A stretch of DNA of 64,000 nucleotides from Bacilli bacterium. Lineage in GTDB: Bacteria; Bacillota_I; Bacilli_A; RFN20; CAG-449. The stretch is taken from assembly GCA_900755065.1 (NCBI GenBank), contig CAAEFC010000040.1:23812-87811 (forward strand), written 5' to 3'. Both the position numbers and the translations under genes were made by a program. Positions 19,917 to 30,348 of this stretch are shown piece by piece. How positions within the stretch are numbered: the first letter of the stretch is position 1; every line of letters begins with the position of its first letter. The notes under the pieces are model-generated. The model worked only from the letters and a program-made list of their open reading frames with translations, was not told where the DNA came from and did not search any database.

Positions 19917-22238
19917 ATGTATTCGTATACTTTTGACGAAGAAACGGGTGGCATTTTGCTCAATTCCTCGCCTACGGGTTTTTCCAAGGAACCGCGCCCG
20001 GTGTACGCAAGTGAAATGGACTTACTTGGATTTTCCGTGTTTTGGGAATATGAACATCAAAACGATACACCTTATATGTGGGTGGAATCCAACGCATATT
20101 GGTATAAGGGACAAATAATTGCACGGATCAAGGGTGGAGATTTATATCATGCGCCGATTTTGACGCCCGTAACCGACGATAATGGCAAAGTAGTATTTAG
20201 TAGGGATTCGGGCGCACTGCAACCTATGAATATCCCACTCATGTGCAAGAAAAACAAAGAACTTCTTACTACATTGGAAAAGACAACTGTGCAAAAAATC
20301 GTGCGTGTGTACGAAAAATACAAGGATAAGCTCGATATTTTTCATGTGGCATTTTCGGGTGGCAAAGATAGTTCAGTATTGCTTGATTTGGTAAAAAAAG
20401 CATTACCAAAAGATAGTTTTGTCGTCATTTTTGGCGATACTGGAATGGAGTTCCCAGATACTTACAAAGCGGTGGATTACGCCGAATCGCAGTGCGAAAA
20501 GGAGGATCCACCCATAGCATTTTACAGAGCGCGTTCTCACTTTGATCCGGAAGAATCGTGGAAATTATTCGGCCCGCCTGCAAGAGTATTGCGGTGGTGT
20601 TGCAGTGTGCATAAAAGTACGCCACAGACTCTTAAAATGAGGGAGATTACAGGCAAAAATAATTATACAGGGCTGGACTTTGTTGGAGTGCGTCGAGAAG
20701 AAAGCTTGGCGAGAAGTACTTATGAATATGAGGACTTCGGAAAAAAGCAGAAGGGGCAATACAGCCACAATCCTATATTAGAGTGGACTTCGGCAGAAGT
20801 TTGGATGTATATTTTTGCAAACAAAATATATATCAACGAAGCTTATAAAAAAGGCAATTCCCGTGCTGGATGTTTGTTTTGTCCTATGGGTGGTGGACGG
20901 AATGATTATATTCAATATCAATCATATCCATATGAAGTAGGTAAATTTATTAGCTTAATAAAAACCATGAATGCGCGAAATAAGGGAGATAATGTTGCCT
21001 TATGCTCCTATGTGTCAAATGGCGGATGGAATGCTCGAAAAAACGGAAGAGATCTAACTATTAGTGAAGAGCATTATCGCGAAGAGATTAAAGATGATAA
21101 ATTGATAATCTCTGTTTCTAATCCACATACAGATTGGCAAGAATGGATAAAAACAGTAGGCCCACTGCCTTTTGAATATCAGATTGTTAATCTCAATAAT
21201 GGATATAAAGTCATTTGCGATGTTGCAATAATAAAGGATTTTCCAAAAGAAGTTAAACGATTTAAGCAGGTATTTAAAAAGTCCGCTCATTGCCTTTCAT
21301 GCAGAGTATGCGAAACTAATTGCGGGAATGGATGCATATCTTTTAATGAAAAATTATCAATAAATAATTGTATTCACTGCGGGCGTTGCCATGAAATTGA
21401 TGATGGCTGTCTTGCATATCATTCTTTAAAATTGTCCGGAGGTGGAACTATGAAAACAGGCAGTATTAATTCTTTTGCAAACCATGCGCCGAAAAACGAT
21501 TGGATACAGGTTTTTTTTGATTTGGGCGATGAGTTTTGGGATGAAAATCCTTTAGGATTAGGGCCGAACCAATTACCAATGTTTAAGCGTTTTTTAAGAG
21601 AGTGCGGAATTATTGATTCTAAGAATAAAACCTCCGAATTATTCATTATTCTAAAAAAATTAGGTTGGCGAGATAATACTACTTGGGGAATAATGACCGT
21701 AAATTTGTCGTATAATCCACAATTTCGTTGGTATATACAAAATATGGACATCGACATATTTTATGAACGATATAGAATAAGCGATATGCTTGTATCGTAC
21801 GGCGTTAGCAAAGATGATGCAACATCAATTATTAATGCATTTAAAAGATTTACGGACCTTCCATTGGGAACCGAACTTAATTGGGGTTATACTGAAGAGA
21901 AAAGAAGACAAATTGATACATTGTGTAGAACTAAGTGTATAATCTCCGACAATCGAGTTGTCCTATATGCGCTATATAAATTCGTAGAAAAGTGCAATTT
22001 GGAAGATAGGGAATTCCACTTATCGTATCTTTTAGATGAGAAAGTAGAACGCGATGGAGTAAGCCCGGCGAGAATGTTCGGTATTTATGACGAAGAAGAG
22101 TGGAAATCCATACTATTGGGGCTGGCTTCTCGTTATCCCGAATTTATCAATGCAACATTTACTAATGACTTAAAAACCATTTCACTCAAAGATAAATCGT
22201 CTGTGGACGTGTTGGAACTATTTAGGGAGGAACTTTAA
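19917..22238 (+). CDS. brxP: BREX type 4 BrxP-like protein: PAPS reductase/PP-loop ATP pyrophosphatase domain plus ferredoxin-like Cys cluster
   Basis: PP-loop FHVAFSGGKDSSVLLDL. RWCCSVHK motif as in the PAPS reductase/DndC family. CLFCPMGGG. Double CxxCxxCxxxC-type cluster CLSCRVCETNCGNGC...CIHCGRCHEIDDGC. 773 aa. Confidence 0.8.
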   Translation: MYSYTFDEETGGILLNSSPTGFSKEPRPVYASEMDLLGFSVFWEYEHQNDTPYMWVESNAYWYKGQIIARIKGGDLYHAPILTPVTDDNGKVVFSRDSGALQPMNIPLMCKKNKELLTTLEKTTVQKIVRVYEKYKDKLDIFHVAFSGGKDSSVLLDLVKKALPKDSFVVIFGDTGMEFPDTYKAVDYAESQCEKEDPPIAFYRARSHFDPEESWKLFGPPARVLRWCCSVHKSTPQTLKMREITGKNNYTGLDFVGVRREESLARSTYEYEDFGKKQKGQYSHNPILEWTSAEVWMYIFANKIYINEAYKKGNSRAGCLFCPMGGGRNDYIQYQSYPYEVGKFISLIKTMNARNKGDNVALCSYVSNGGWNARKNGRDLTISEEHYREEIKDDKLIISVSNPHTDWQEWIKTVGPLPFEYQIVNLNNGYKVICDVAIIKDFPKEVKRFKQVFKKSAHCLSCRVCETNCGNGCISFNEKLSINNCIHCGRCHEIDDGCLAYHSLKLSGGGTMKTGSINSFANHAPKNDWIQVFFDLGDEFWDENPLGLGPNQLPMFKRFLRECGIIDSKNKTSELFIILKKLGWRDNTTWGIMTVNLSYNPQFRWYIQNMDIDIFYERYRISDMLVSYGVSKDDATSIINAFKRFTDLPLGTELNWGYTEEKRRQIDTLCRTKCIISDNRVVLYALYKFVEKCNLEDREFHLSYLLDEKVERDGVSPARMFGIYDEEEWKSILLGLASRYPEFINATFTNDLKTISLKDKSSVDVLELFREEL

Positions 22239-22240
22239 TC

Positions 22241-25200
22241 ATGAATGCTAGAAAATATTGCGAGTATTTCAATATCAACGAAACCTACTTTCCGTGTATC
22301 GATGAGTCGGCTATAAATGCCGGCGTGGATTGGCAGGCTACCTATCCGCACGAAACGTTTATCAAATTATTGAAAACCACCGAGAATATGTTAGGCGGCG
22401 CAACCAAACGTTCAGTTTGGATTCACGGAGCATACGGCACGGGTAAAAGTCAGTGCGCTTACGCACTCAAAAAAATATTGGAATCTCCAGAAGGTGAAGT
22501 GCGTTCGTATTGGGATAAGTTCGAGCCGTTAAAACGAGAGATGCCGCTTTTGGAAAAACTAATTGGGCATAAAGAAAAAGGCATCGTCGCGGCATATCGC
22601 TACGCCTCGGGAAGTATCAATTCACCGCAACAGTTATTTTTGGCGATACAAGAAAGCATCAAGCAATCTCTGGAAGAGCAAGGCGTGGAATATAAAGGAG
22701 AACGTACGCTGAAAGAGAGCGTCATTGCTTGGCTCTCTCAACCCGCACAAAATGCATTTGTAAACACGTTACTCAACAAACCTGAATGGGAATCTTTGTT
22801 TGCACAGTCCACTGCCGATGAAATTATCAATTCCTTGCGTAAAAATGGTGACGTATCGTCACTTATGGATAATGTTTTCCGTATGGCGGCAAAAGAGGGC
22901 ATTACCGCACTTTCGCTGGATGCGGAAAAATTGCGTGAGTGGATAAAAGACATTATTGACACTAACAGCACAAAGATTGTTTTGGTTTGGGATGAATTCA
23001 GCGACTTTTTCCGTTTGAACAAAAATTCGTTGGGCGAGTTTCAAAAAATTGTCTCTATTTGCGAAGAAGCACCATTCTATCTTATTGTTGTAACTCACCC
23101 CATTACTTCTATTAGCAGTAACGATGATTCTTGGAAAATCGTTCAACAGCGTTTCGACAGAGTGGAAATAGAATTGCCCGAAAATATTGCGTTTGAACTT
23201 ATAGGACATGCTTTCAGCGTAAAGGATTCTGCCAAAGATGAATGGAACACAATGACGAGCGGCTTAGATGCGACTATTCCCAATTCTACTACGGCAGTTA
23301 TGAAAGCGGCGAATATTAAGGATAGGTCGGTTATCAAACGCATACTGCCCATTCAACCGATTGCCGCGCTGGTACTCAAAAAAATTGCAAATGCTTTTCA
23401 GTCGAACCAAAGAAGCATGTTCGACTTTATCAAGACAAAACACGATACCGACGTCAAGGCTTTCCAGTGGTTTATTGGGGAGTATAGCCCAATGGACGAA
23501 CAGCCACTTTTGACGGTGGATATGCTTTGGGACTTCTTTTATGTAAAAGGTAGGGAATATCTTACGTCCGATATAAAATTGATATTGGATACTTTTTCAC
23601 AACAAACTTCGCTTACCGAGAAAGAAAAGAAAGTTCTCAAAACGGTTCTTATTATGCAGGCAATAGACCTGCGTCTGGGCGGTACGCTCCCCATTATGAA
23701 ACCTACTGATCAAAATCTCGACTATGCGTTTGAGGGAATAGCGGAATATGAAACTTCTGCGAAACATATAGCAAAAGGGTTAGAAAATAAAGGGATTCTC
23801 ATAAGCACGCCGATATGTGACGGAAAGAGAGCATTTGGCGCGGCTGTTTTAGCAGGTGATAATACCAAAATAGAAGCGTCTAAAAAGGAGATTCGGAAAA
23901 AGAGCACGACAAGCAATCTAGTATCAGAAGGGGATTTGCTTCCTACGGCGATTTCTCTTACACCGGCATTAAAGCTTCGTTATGCAAAAGATGATAGCGG
24001 GGCACTACCTATTGTTACGGTTTCCGACTTTACCAAGATAATGGATACGCTCAAAAATAAGGACGCGGCATGGCGTTTCTATTCGGTTCTTGCGGTAGCA
24101 AAGGATGAGGACGAGGCGCAGAATTTCCGCACGTTAATCAAAAGAACGATTGCAAACGAGGAATATAAAAATATAATCGTTATCGACGCGCTTTCTTCGC
24201 CGCTCGGGTTGGAATTGTTCGAGCAGTACGTCGATTATTCCGCAATGGCAATGTATTACCAAGGTAATAACAATCAGCAAGCCAAAGAAAATTCCAACAA
24301 GGCAAAGAGCATTTTGAATAGAACGTGGAAGGACAAAATCCACGATGGGCAATTCTATGTGTATACAAACGCCAATCAAGATGGCGAAAGAGCAATCGGT
24401 GCAAACAACGTTCATGTTATTTTGCAGACAATAGTGCTCAAAAAATTTGGCCACATTTTCGATTTTACGAAAGGTCTGACCGAAACGCAATTAAAACTTA
24501 CCACACCGAAGAAGGTTTCTCGTTATGGTATGGGTGGATTGGATATCAACGGTTTGATCAGAGGTTGCGAAAAAAGCGTTCTCGGTTTGGTGTGGGGGAG
24601 AGAGAAGTATTGGGAAGTTTCCGAACTGCAAACTGCGCATATTGTAGTTATCAAACAAGCGGTTGACAAGCTGATTGAAGATGCATTTGCCGAGCGCGGG
24701 CAAATTTCCATTGGTGAAGTTTACGATTATTTACAAGACGAATTCGGATTTTCGCCTTGTAATTTGTCGGCATTTGTGACGGGGTTTTTATTAAAAGAAT
24801 ACAATTCCGATCCGTATCGTTGTATCGATTCTGAAGGCTATCCCGATACAATGACCCCCGATAAGTTGGCCGAGATGATAGGTAACTATATCGGGAAATC
24901 ACCAAAGCCTACGTATATCGTTAAGATGACTCCTTCGGAAAAGGTATTCTACGAAGCGACGGCAAAAGCATGGACGATACCTGCAACCTCATGCTCTTCT
25001 CCGAGTCAAGTGGCAACGCAACTTGAAAGCAAAATGCAGTCTTTCGGGTATCCTACGTGGAGTTTGGAGTATGTTGATGACATTGGTATTTACGATATCG
25101 TAAAAAAATACATAGCTTTAGTGCAAAGCGACGGCAAAGGTACGCACAATATAGCAATTGAAATCGGCAACATTTTTATGAACAGGCCTACGCGTATCGA

Positions 25201-26380
25201 CGGATTAAAAATGTTGTTTACCGCAGATAAGTACAAAGAGGGTATGACGGTATTCCTTAAGCAATATAGAGAAGGGAAGCTTATACAGCTTGCCGAAGAA
25301 ATCGGTGCAAAAGATATCGTTTTGTCGGATGTCCGTAAACTTTTCAGCGTGAAGCATTCGGCTATGTGGATTGAGGATACGGGAAAGACCGAAATCGATA
25401 AACTTATCGTAGAGTATGACGTTATCAAGCAAACGAATGGCATTTTGAACGTGGTTTGCAACACAAAAGAAAAGGCATTTAACGCTTGGCGCGAAGTTTT
25501 GAAATTCGTAGGTTTCTCTTGCGACGCATTAAAATCAAAAAGACCGAATTTAGATAAATTGCTTTCGTATCTTCTAAAAATTATGAATAGAGAAGATATG
25601 TTGCCTGAGATGATGAAAGAGTTTCTTTTTGAACTCAATGCGCGCAGAAGCGAGATTTGCGAAATTCTCAATAACAAGCTTGCCGTGTTTGAAGAGCTAT
25701 ATGGCGTATATTTAGAGGATTTTTCCATTACAGAGAAGGAAGAAATCCAGAATTCCATCAATAAGGAAATTTTTACCGATACGGCAACTACTAGCAATCA
25801 AACCGTAAAACAAGTGGCGGAGACATACCGCAAGAATCAAATCAAAACGCAACTCTTCAATCAGTGGAAAGAGTTGACGAGAACAAAAAATCCGAGAGAA
25901 TGGTCGAGTAGATACGGTACGCCGATTTTGTGTTTGGTGGATGCCGCATTATATGCTGAAGCAAAACTTGCATTTACAACATTAAACAGTACTTATCAAT
26001 CCGATTCTGATATCCATAAGGCATTGGAATTTTTGACGAAGTCGAAGGCGTTTTTCGATATGATACAAGATGCGTCTAAGCGCGACGAAGCTTTTATGCG
26101 GGTGGTTGACGGCTCTTATACCGTACTTCTTTCTAATCCTAATGTTGTAAGGCAGGCGTTGGAAAGCCTTCCCGTAGATGTGTATGACTGGTATGACAGT
26201 CCTGTTGTGAAGCAAAAAATTCAGCAAATGGCTGATGCGGAATATTATGCTGGCGGTAGCGATAAGGCGGTAGAACTTATAAGAAAAATGAGTGACTCCG
26301 AACTGAAAAAACATCTTATAGAACTTGTGCAAAAAGATACAGAACTTGGGATGAAGATAATTTCGAATGAGGATAAGTAA
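22241..26380 (+). CDS. brxC: BREX BrxC/PglY-like large P-loop ATPase
   Basis: 1379 aa. Walker A IHGAYGTGKSQ near the N-terminus, Walker B IVLVWDEFSDF. Size and position (after brxP, before pglZ) fit the BrxC/DUF499 family. Confidence 0.8.
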   Translation: MNARKYCEYFNINETYFPCIDESAINAGVDWQATYPHETFIKLLKTTENMLGGATKRSVWIHGAYGTGKSQCAYALKKILESPEGEVRSYWDKFEPLKREMPLLEKLIGHKEKGIVAAYRYASGSINSPQQLFLAIQESIKQSLEEQGVEYKGERTLKESVIAWLSQPAQNAFVNTLLNKPEWESLFAQSTADEIINSLRKNGDVSSLMDNVFRMAAKEGITALSLDAEKLREWIKDIIDTNSTKIVLVWDEFSDFFRLNKNSLGEFQKIVSICEEAPFYLIVVTHPITSISSNDDSWKIVQQRFDRVEIELPENIAFELIGHAFSVKDSAKDEWNTMTSGLDATIPNSTTAVMKAANIKDRSVIKRILPIQPIAALVLKKIANAFQSNQRSMFDFIKTKHDTDVKAFQWFIGEYSPMDEQPLLTVDMLWDFFYVKGREYLTSDIKLILDTFSQQTSLTEKEKKVLKTVLIMQAIDLRLGGTLPIMKPTDQNLDYAFEGIAEYETSAKHIAKGLENKGILISTPICDGKRAFGAAVLAGDNTKIEASKKEIRKKSTTSNLVSEGDLLPTAISLTPALKLRYAKDDSGALPIVTVSDFTKIMDTLKNKDAAWRFYSVLAVAKDEDEAQNFRTLIKRTIANEEYKNIIVIDALSSPLGLELFEQYVDYSAMAMYYQGNNNQQAKENSNKAKSILNRTWKDKIHDGQFYVYTNANQDGERAIGANNVHVILQTIVLKKFGHIFDFTKGLTETQLKLTTPKKVSRYGMGGLDINGLIRGCEKSVLGLVWGREKYWEVSELQTAHIVVIKQAVDKLIEDAFAERGQISIGEVYDYLQDEFGFSPCNLSAFVTGFLLKEYNSDPYRCIDSEGYPDTMTPDKLAEMIGNYIGKSPKPTYIVKMTPSEKVFYEATAKAWTIPATSCSSPSQVATQLESKMQSFGYPTWSLEYVDDIGIYDIVKKYIALVQSDGKGTHNIAIEIGNIFMNRPTRIDGLKMLFTADKYKEGMTVFLKQYREGKLIQLAEEIGAKDIVLSDVRKLFSVKHSAMWIEDTGKTEIDKLIVEYDVIKQTNGILNVVCNTKEKAFNAWREVLKFVGFSCDALKSKRPNLDKLLSYLLKIMNREDMLPEMMKEFLFELNARRSEICEILNNKLAVFEELYGVYLEDFSITEKEEIQNSINKEIFTDTATTSNQTVKQVAETYRKNQIKTQLFNQWKELTRTKNPREWSSRYGTPILCLVDAALYAEAKLAFTTLNSTYQSDSDIHKALEFLTKSKAFFDMIQDASKRDEAFMRVVDGSYTVLLSNPNVVRQALESLPVDVYDWYDSPVVKQKIQQMADAEYYAGGSDKAVELIRKMSDSELKKHLIELVQKDTELGMKIISNEDK

Positions 26381-28637
26381 CATGCTCGACGTAAGTGTAA
26401 GAAATTATTTATCGAATGCAAAAGGTGCGCCATTCTTTTTTGTTGTCGGAGATGGCGGATATATCGCTATTTTAGATGAACTGAAACGAAATGGTGTAAG
26501 CGTTATTCGTATAAGCGATTTTTGCCATAAACCCGATAAGTTTCCCAATCTCGACGATATGGTGGACAATTTCCGCATGGGCGATGTGGATTACAAAACG
26601 AATAGATTTGTAGTAGTGGGATTGGGTGAGTATCTTGCTTTGCGCGGAGAAGCGGAAGCCTTGAAAGTATTGCGCGAATTAAAAAGCACTACGCTGGGGA
26701 CGGCAAGGGTTATACTGCTTTTGCGTTGTGTCGGCGTTCAGGTTGAGGAAATTGTAAGAGAAGATATCCGCGCAAAGTCACGTGTTTACATAAGCAATTC
26801 AATTGATAATAATATAACTGTTGTAAACATAGGAATCGAACAAAGCGAAGGACTTGTAAAAGAAGTCGGGGTGCAGTCGCTATTGTATGCTATGGAAAAC
26901 GGCGAAACAGGTAAGTTGTTTGTTAAAACCAACCTTATATTGGATAATTCCATGTTACCTGTAAATAAAATAGACGACGCCTATTTCGCCATTAAAACTT
27001 TGGTACAAGGATTTTCTTTGCCGAAGTCTTTGGGCGATGATGAGCAATGGAATAGGCTGATGGGCGATTTGAAAAAATATAGCTACTCGTTCACTAATTT
27101 TTTTGCAGATAAAGATTTTCATTTGGATTCGGATGCGGACTTTATTGAAAAAGCGTTTGGGCTTACTTATAGTAAATGGATTTTCTTCATATATTTGAAG
27201 CTCAATTATACTAAATTAAGTAATCCGTATCTGCGCTTTGTTATTGAAAGAGTATCTGATTTCAAAGAACTGAAAACAGAAACGCTGAATGCGATAATCT
27301 CCGTTGAACATACGGACAAAGATTTTTATTCTCTTTATGCAGGACGGAAAAAGCTATTAAAAGATATCACCGAGTCCGATATCGCTATCTTTATTCGGCA
27401 AAACGAAATATATCCAGATGAAAGCATATATAAATTAACGGACAATACGTCCACGGAACGAAAAGCGATCATTCGTTGGGTATCACAGCATGGGCTTATT
27501 AAAGAGTTAGAGCAAATATATCCCGCATTATTTTTGTATTTGCAAAAGTATACATTTTCATGTGGCAAGAATGCTGATAAGTTTACCGATTATTTCGAAC
27601 GTTATAAACAACAAAAAATTTCCAATAGCCTTGATTATGGATTTGAAGAATGTGCAAAAAAGAGTTCAAGCCTATATGCGGGATTGCAAACACGTGCCAA
27701 TGCTCTTATGAATATAGGAGATAAAAAATCGACTTTTTTGATTTGGGTTGACGCTCTCGGTGTAGAATATTTAGCTTATATACAAGCTCTTGCCAAACAA
27801 AAAGGTCTTTCTATAAACATCGAAATTGCGAGAAGCGATTTACCGACGATAACAAGTATAAATAGAGGGTTCTACGACGAGTGGGGAGAAAATAAAGATA
27901 AGGAACAACATCTTGACGATATCAAACATCATGATTGCGGTGGATTCGATTATCGCAAAGATAAATTACCTGTTTATCTTGCAAGCGAATTGGACGTTAT
28001 AGAAAATGTTTTGAATTATGCCGCGACAGAACTTGCCTTTCGCAAGTATAAGCGAGTTGTTATTGCAAGCGACCACGGAGCATCCAGGCTTGCTGTTTTA
28101 GGTCAGCATGGCGAAAAATACGAAACAGATACGAAAGGCGAACATTCGGGACGTTGTTGCAAATATTTCGACGATTATGATATATCCAATTCAGTTGCAG
28201 AAAACGGATATATCGTTTTAACGGATTATGGAAGATTCAAAGGAAGTCGCGAAGCCAACGTAGAAGTGCATGGCGGATGTACTTTGGAAGAAACAGTAGT
28301 TCCCATTATCACACTTTCGTTGAAGAATCAGACAGATGTTCAAATTATTATCATGAAACCCGAGGAACTTGTTGTGGATAGAAAGAACGGCGTTCAAATT
28401 TCCGTTTATATTTCTAATGTGGAATATTCCAAGGCGGTTCACATGGAAATCAAAAAGAAAGTTTATGATGGCGAACAAACAGACAATACCCATTACACGT
28501 TTGCCTTAAATGATATTAAGCGTTCGGGAGAGTATGAGGCGAGCATATTCGATGGCTCAAATTTAATCGGGCGTGTAAAATTGCATATAAAAGGTGCAGT
28601 CGGTTCAACAAAATCCGATTTTGATGAGCTTTTCTAA
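26367..28637 (+). CDS. pglZ: BREX PglZ-domain protein (alkaline phosphatase superfamily)
   Basis: LIWVDALGVEYLAY...LPTITSINR and VVIASDHGASRL motifs of the PglZ fold. Overlaps brxC by 14 nt; an alternative ATG at 26382 has a GAGGA RBS. Confidence 0.85.
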   Translation: MRISNMLDVSVRNYLSNAKGAPFFFVVGDGGYIAILDELKRNGVSVIRISDFCHKPDKFPNLDDMVDNFRMGDVDYKTNRFVVVGLGEYLALRGEAEALKVLRELKSTTLGTARVILLLRCVGVQVEEIVREDIRAKSRVYISNSIDNNITVVNIGIEQSEGLVKEVGVQSLLYAMENGETGKLFVKTNLILDNSMLPVNKIDDAYFAIKTLVQGFSLPKSLGDDEQWNRLMGDLKKYSYSFTNFFADKDFHLDSDADFIEKAFGLTYSKWIFFIYLKLNYTKLSNPYLRFVIERVSDFKELKTETLNAIISVEHTDKDFYSLYAGRKKLLKDITESDIAIFIRQNEIYPDESIYKLTDNTSTERKAIIRWVSQHGLIKELEQIYPALFLYLQKYTFSCGKNADKFTDYFERYKQQKISNSLDYGFEECAKKSSSLYAGLQTRANALMNIGDKKSTFLIWVDALGVEYLAYIQALAKQKGLSINIEIARSDLPTITSINRGFYDEWGENKDKEQHLDDIKHHDCGGFDYRKDKLPVYLASELDVIENVLNYAATELAFRKYKRVVIASDHGASRLAVLGQHGEKYETDTKGEHSGRCCKYFDDYDISNSVAENGYIVLTDYGRFKGSREANVEVHGGCTLEETVVPIITLSLKNQTDVQIIIMKPEELVVDRKNGVQISVYISNVEYSKAVHMEIKKKVYDGEQTDNTHYTFALNDIKRSGEYEASIFDGSNLIGRVKLHIKGAVGSTKSDFDELF

Positions 28638-28649
28638 GGAGATGAGAGT

Positions 28650-30140
28650 ATGGATTATTTCGATAAATTAAGAGACTGTTTTGATGAAATGGTCGTATAC
28701 AAGGACCTAAAAAAGACAAATTTCTTTTCGGCTTTAAGTTTGCCGGCATTTATGCGCGATTGGTTGCTCAGAAAGTTCGAAGATGAAGAAGGAAATTTTG
28801 ATAAAGACGAATTGGCGCGTTTTGTAAAGAAATTCATTCCACGAAAAGAAGATTGGAATGCCATTAAAAACCGTGTTATCGTTGAGGGGCAAAAGACCAA
28901 ATTTTTAGCCAAAGTCTCCGTTAATATAGACATTCGCACTGGGGAAGTTTCGTTTGCGTTGCCTGAGTTTGGATTGGGTTTCAAGGAAACCATTATCGAA
29001 AGCGATGTATGGGATGAGTGCAAAGAGGACCTTGTAAAAGGTAGAGATGTATGGGGAATGATAGAGCTTGGCTATCGTGCGCCCGATGCATTTGACATTG
29101 AATTCGAATACGAAAAGAGTAAATCAAAAGCTCGAGCTTCAAAAGATGGAAAAATTAAATTGCTTTCTTTTAGAAATTTCTGCCCATATGAAATTGATAT
29201 TGAACAATATAAAGAGGCTCGTAAGGAATTTACTACGGAAGAGTGGATGAATGTTATCTTGGGAGCGGTGGATTACAATGCAGATGGCTACAAGACGGAA
29301 GAAGAAAAACTTACCATGTTGACTCGTCTGCTGCCGTTTGTTGAAAAGCGTCTTAATTTAATAGAACTTGCACCTAAGGGTACGGGTAAATCCTATCTAT
29401 TTGGCAATGTAAGTAGGTATGGTTGGCTTTCCAGCGGCGGAATTATGAGTCGTGCAAAAATGTTTTACGATCAAAGTAAGCGACGCGAAGGTTTGCTTTC
29501 GGGTAGTGATTTTGTTACATTAGATGAAGTGCAAACAATATCATTTACAGATACCGATGAAATGCGAGCCGCATTAAAGGGCTATTTGGAACAGGGAACT
29601 TTTACTGTAGGCGATTATAAAGGTGTGGCGGAAGCCGGCGTTGTATTGTGTGGTAACATCAGAAAAGAAATCATGGACGCGGACGGGTATAGCAATATGT
29701 TTGAGGAGCTGCCTGTTGTGTTTCATGAGTCTGCTTTGATTGAGCGTTTTCACGGTTTTATAAAAGGCTGGAATATACCGAGAATGAACGATGATTTGAA
29801 AGTGGCGGGTTGGGCATTGAATTCGGAGTATTTCTGTTCGATTATTCATGAGCTTAGGAGCGATTTGACATATCGTACAGTGGTGGACGATTTGATCGTA
29901 GTCCCAGATTCTGCCGACACTAGAGATACGGAAGCGGTAAAGAGAATTGCTACGGCATATTTGAAATTATTGTTTCCGCATGTGCAAAATTCAAAAGATA
30001 TATCCGCATATGATTTCAAGAGATATTGTTTATCGAGAGCTATAAAAATGCGCGATACGATTCGGTATCAGTTGGGCCTGCTTGATAAAGAATATGCGGG
30101 GAAAGATTTGCCAGCATTTATGGTTTCTAAGGATGATTAA
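28650..30140 (+). CDS. brxL: BREX BrxL-like AAA+ ATPase (Lon-related family, short ~500-aa form)
   Basis: BrxL-type N-terminus (VVYKDLKKT...LPAFMRDWLLRKF...), Walker A ELAPKGTGKSYLF, Walker B SDFVTLDEVQ. 496 aa. Confidence 0.75.
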   Translation: MDYFDKLRDCFDEMVVYKDLKKTNFFSALSLPAFMRDWLLRKFEDEEGNFDKDELARFVKKFIPRKEDWNAIKNRVIVEGQKTKFLAKVSVNIDIRTGEVSFALPEFGLGFKETIIESDVWDECKEDLVKGRDVWGMIELGYRAPDAFDIEFEYEKSKSKARASKDGKIKLLSFRNFCPYEIDIEQYKEARKEFTTEEWMNVILGAVDYNADGYKTEEEKLTMLTRLLPFVEKRLNLIELAPKGTGKSYLFGNVSRYGWLSSGGIMSRAKMFYDQSKRREGLLSGSDFVTLDEVQTISFTDTDEMRAALKGYLEQGTFTVGDYKGVAEAGVVLCGNIRKEIMDADGYSNMFEELPVVFHESALIERFHGFIKGWNIPRMNDDLKVAGWALNSEYFCSIIHELRSDLTYRTVVDDLIVVPDSADTRDTEAVKRIATAYLKLLFPHVQNSKDISAYDFKRYCLSRAIKMRDTIRYQLGLLDKEYAGKDLPAFMVSKDD

Positions 30141-30142
30141 GT

Positions 30143-30346
30143 ATGAACACTGAAAAGAAATTTTGCTATGTTTGCAGGAAAGAATTGTCAAAAAACGAAA
30201 TAGGATTAACAAAAAAACTGATTGACAAAAAAGCGAATAAGTTTTATTGTTTGACATGTCTTGCGGAATATTTAGAAGTAACAGAAGAGGAGTTGCTTGC
30301 AAAAATCGAAGAGTTCAAAGAAGAGGGCTGTACGCTGTTTAAGTAA
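30143..30346 (+). CDS. Small zinc-ribbon protein (67 aa)
   Basis: Two CxxC pairs (CYVCRKE ... CLTCLAE). Starts 2 nt after the brxL stop and ends 2 nt before the desulfurase start. Confidence 0.6.
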   Translation: MNTEKKFCYVCRKELSKNEIGLTKKLIDKKANKFYCLTCLAEYLEVTEEELLAKIEEFKEEGCTLFK

Positions 30347-30348
30347 TT

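Noticed and set aside
21511-21518. T8 homopolymer inside brxP as a possible phase-variation switch (BREX pglX is phase-variable in some species).
   Set aside because: Runs of 7-8 A/T are common in this AT-rich island and the tract is in frame. Without population or read data there is no evidence of length variation.
28650-30140. Whether the 496-aa BrxL-like protein is a truncated form lacking the Lon-protease-like C-terminal domain of ~680-aa type 1 BrxL.
   Set aside because: A short (~450-500 aa) BrxL-related family exists, as I recall it. I cannot tell from the sequence alone whether a domain is missing; this needs a profile or structure comparison.
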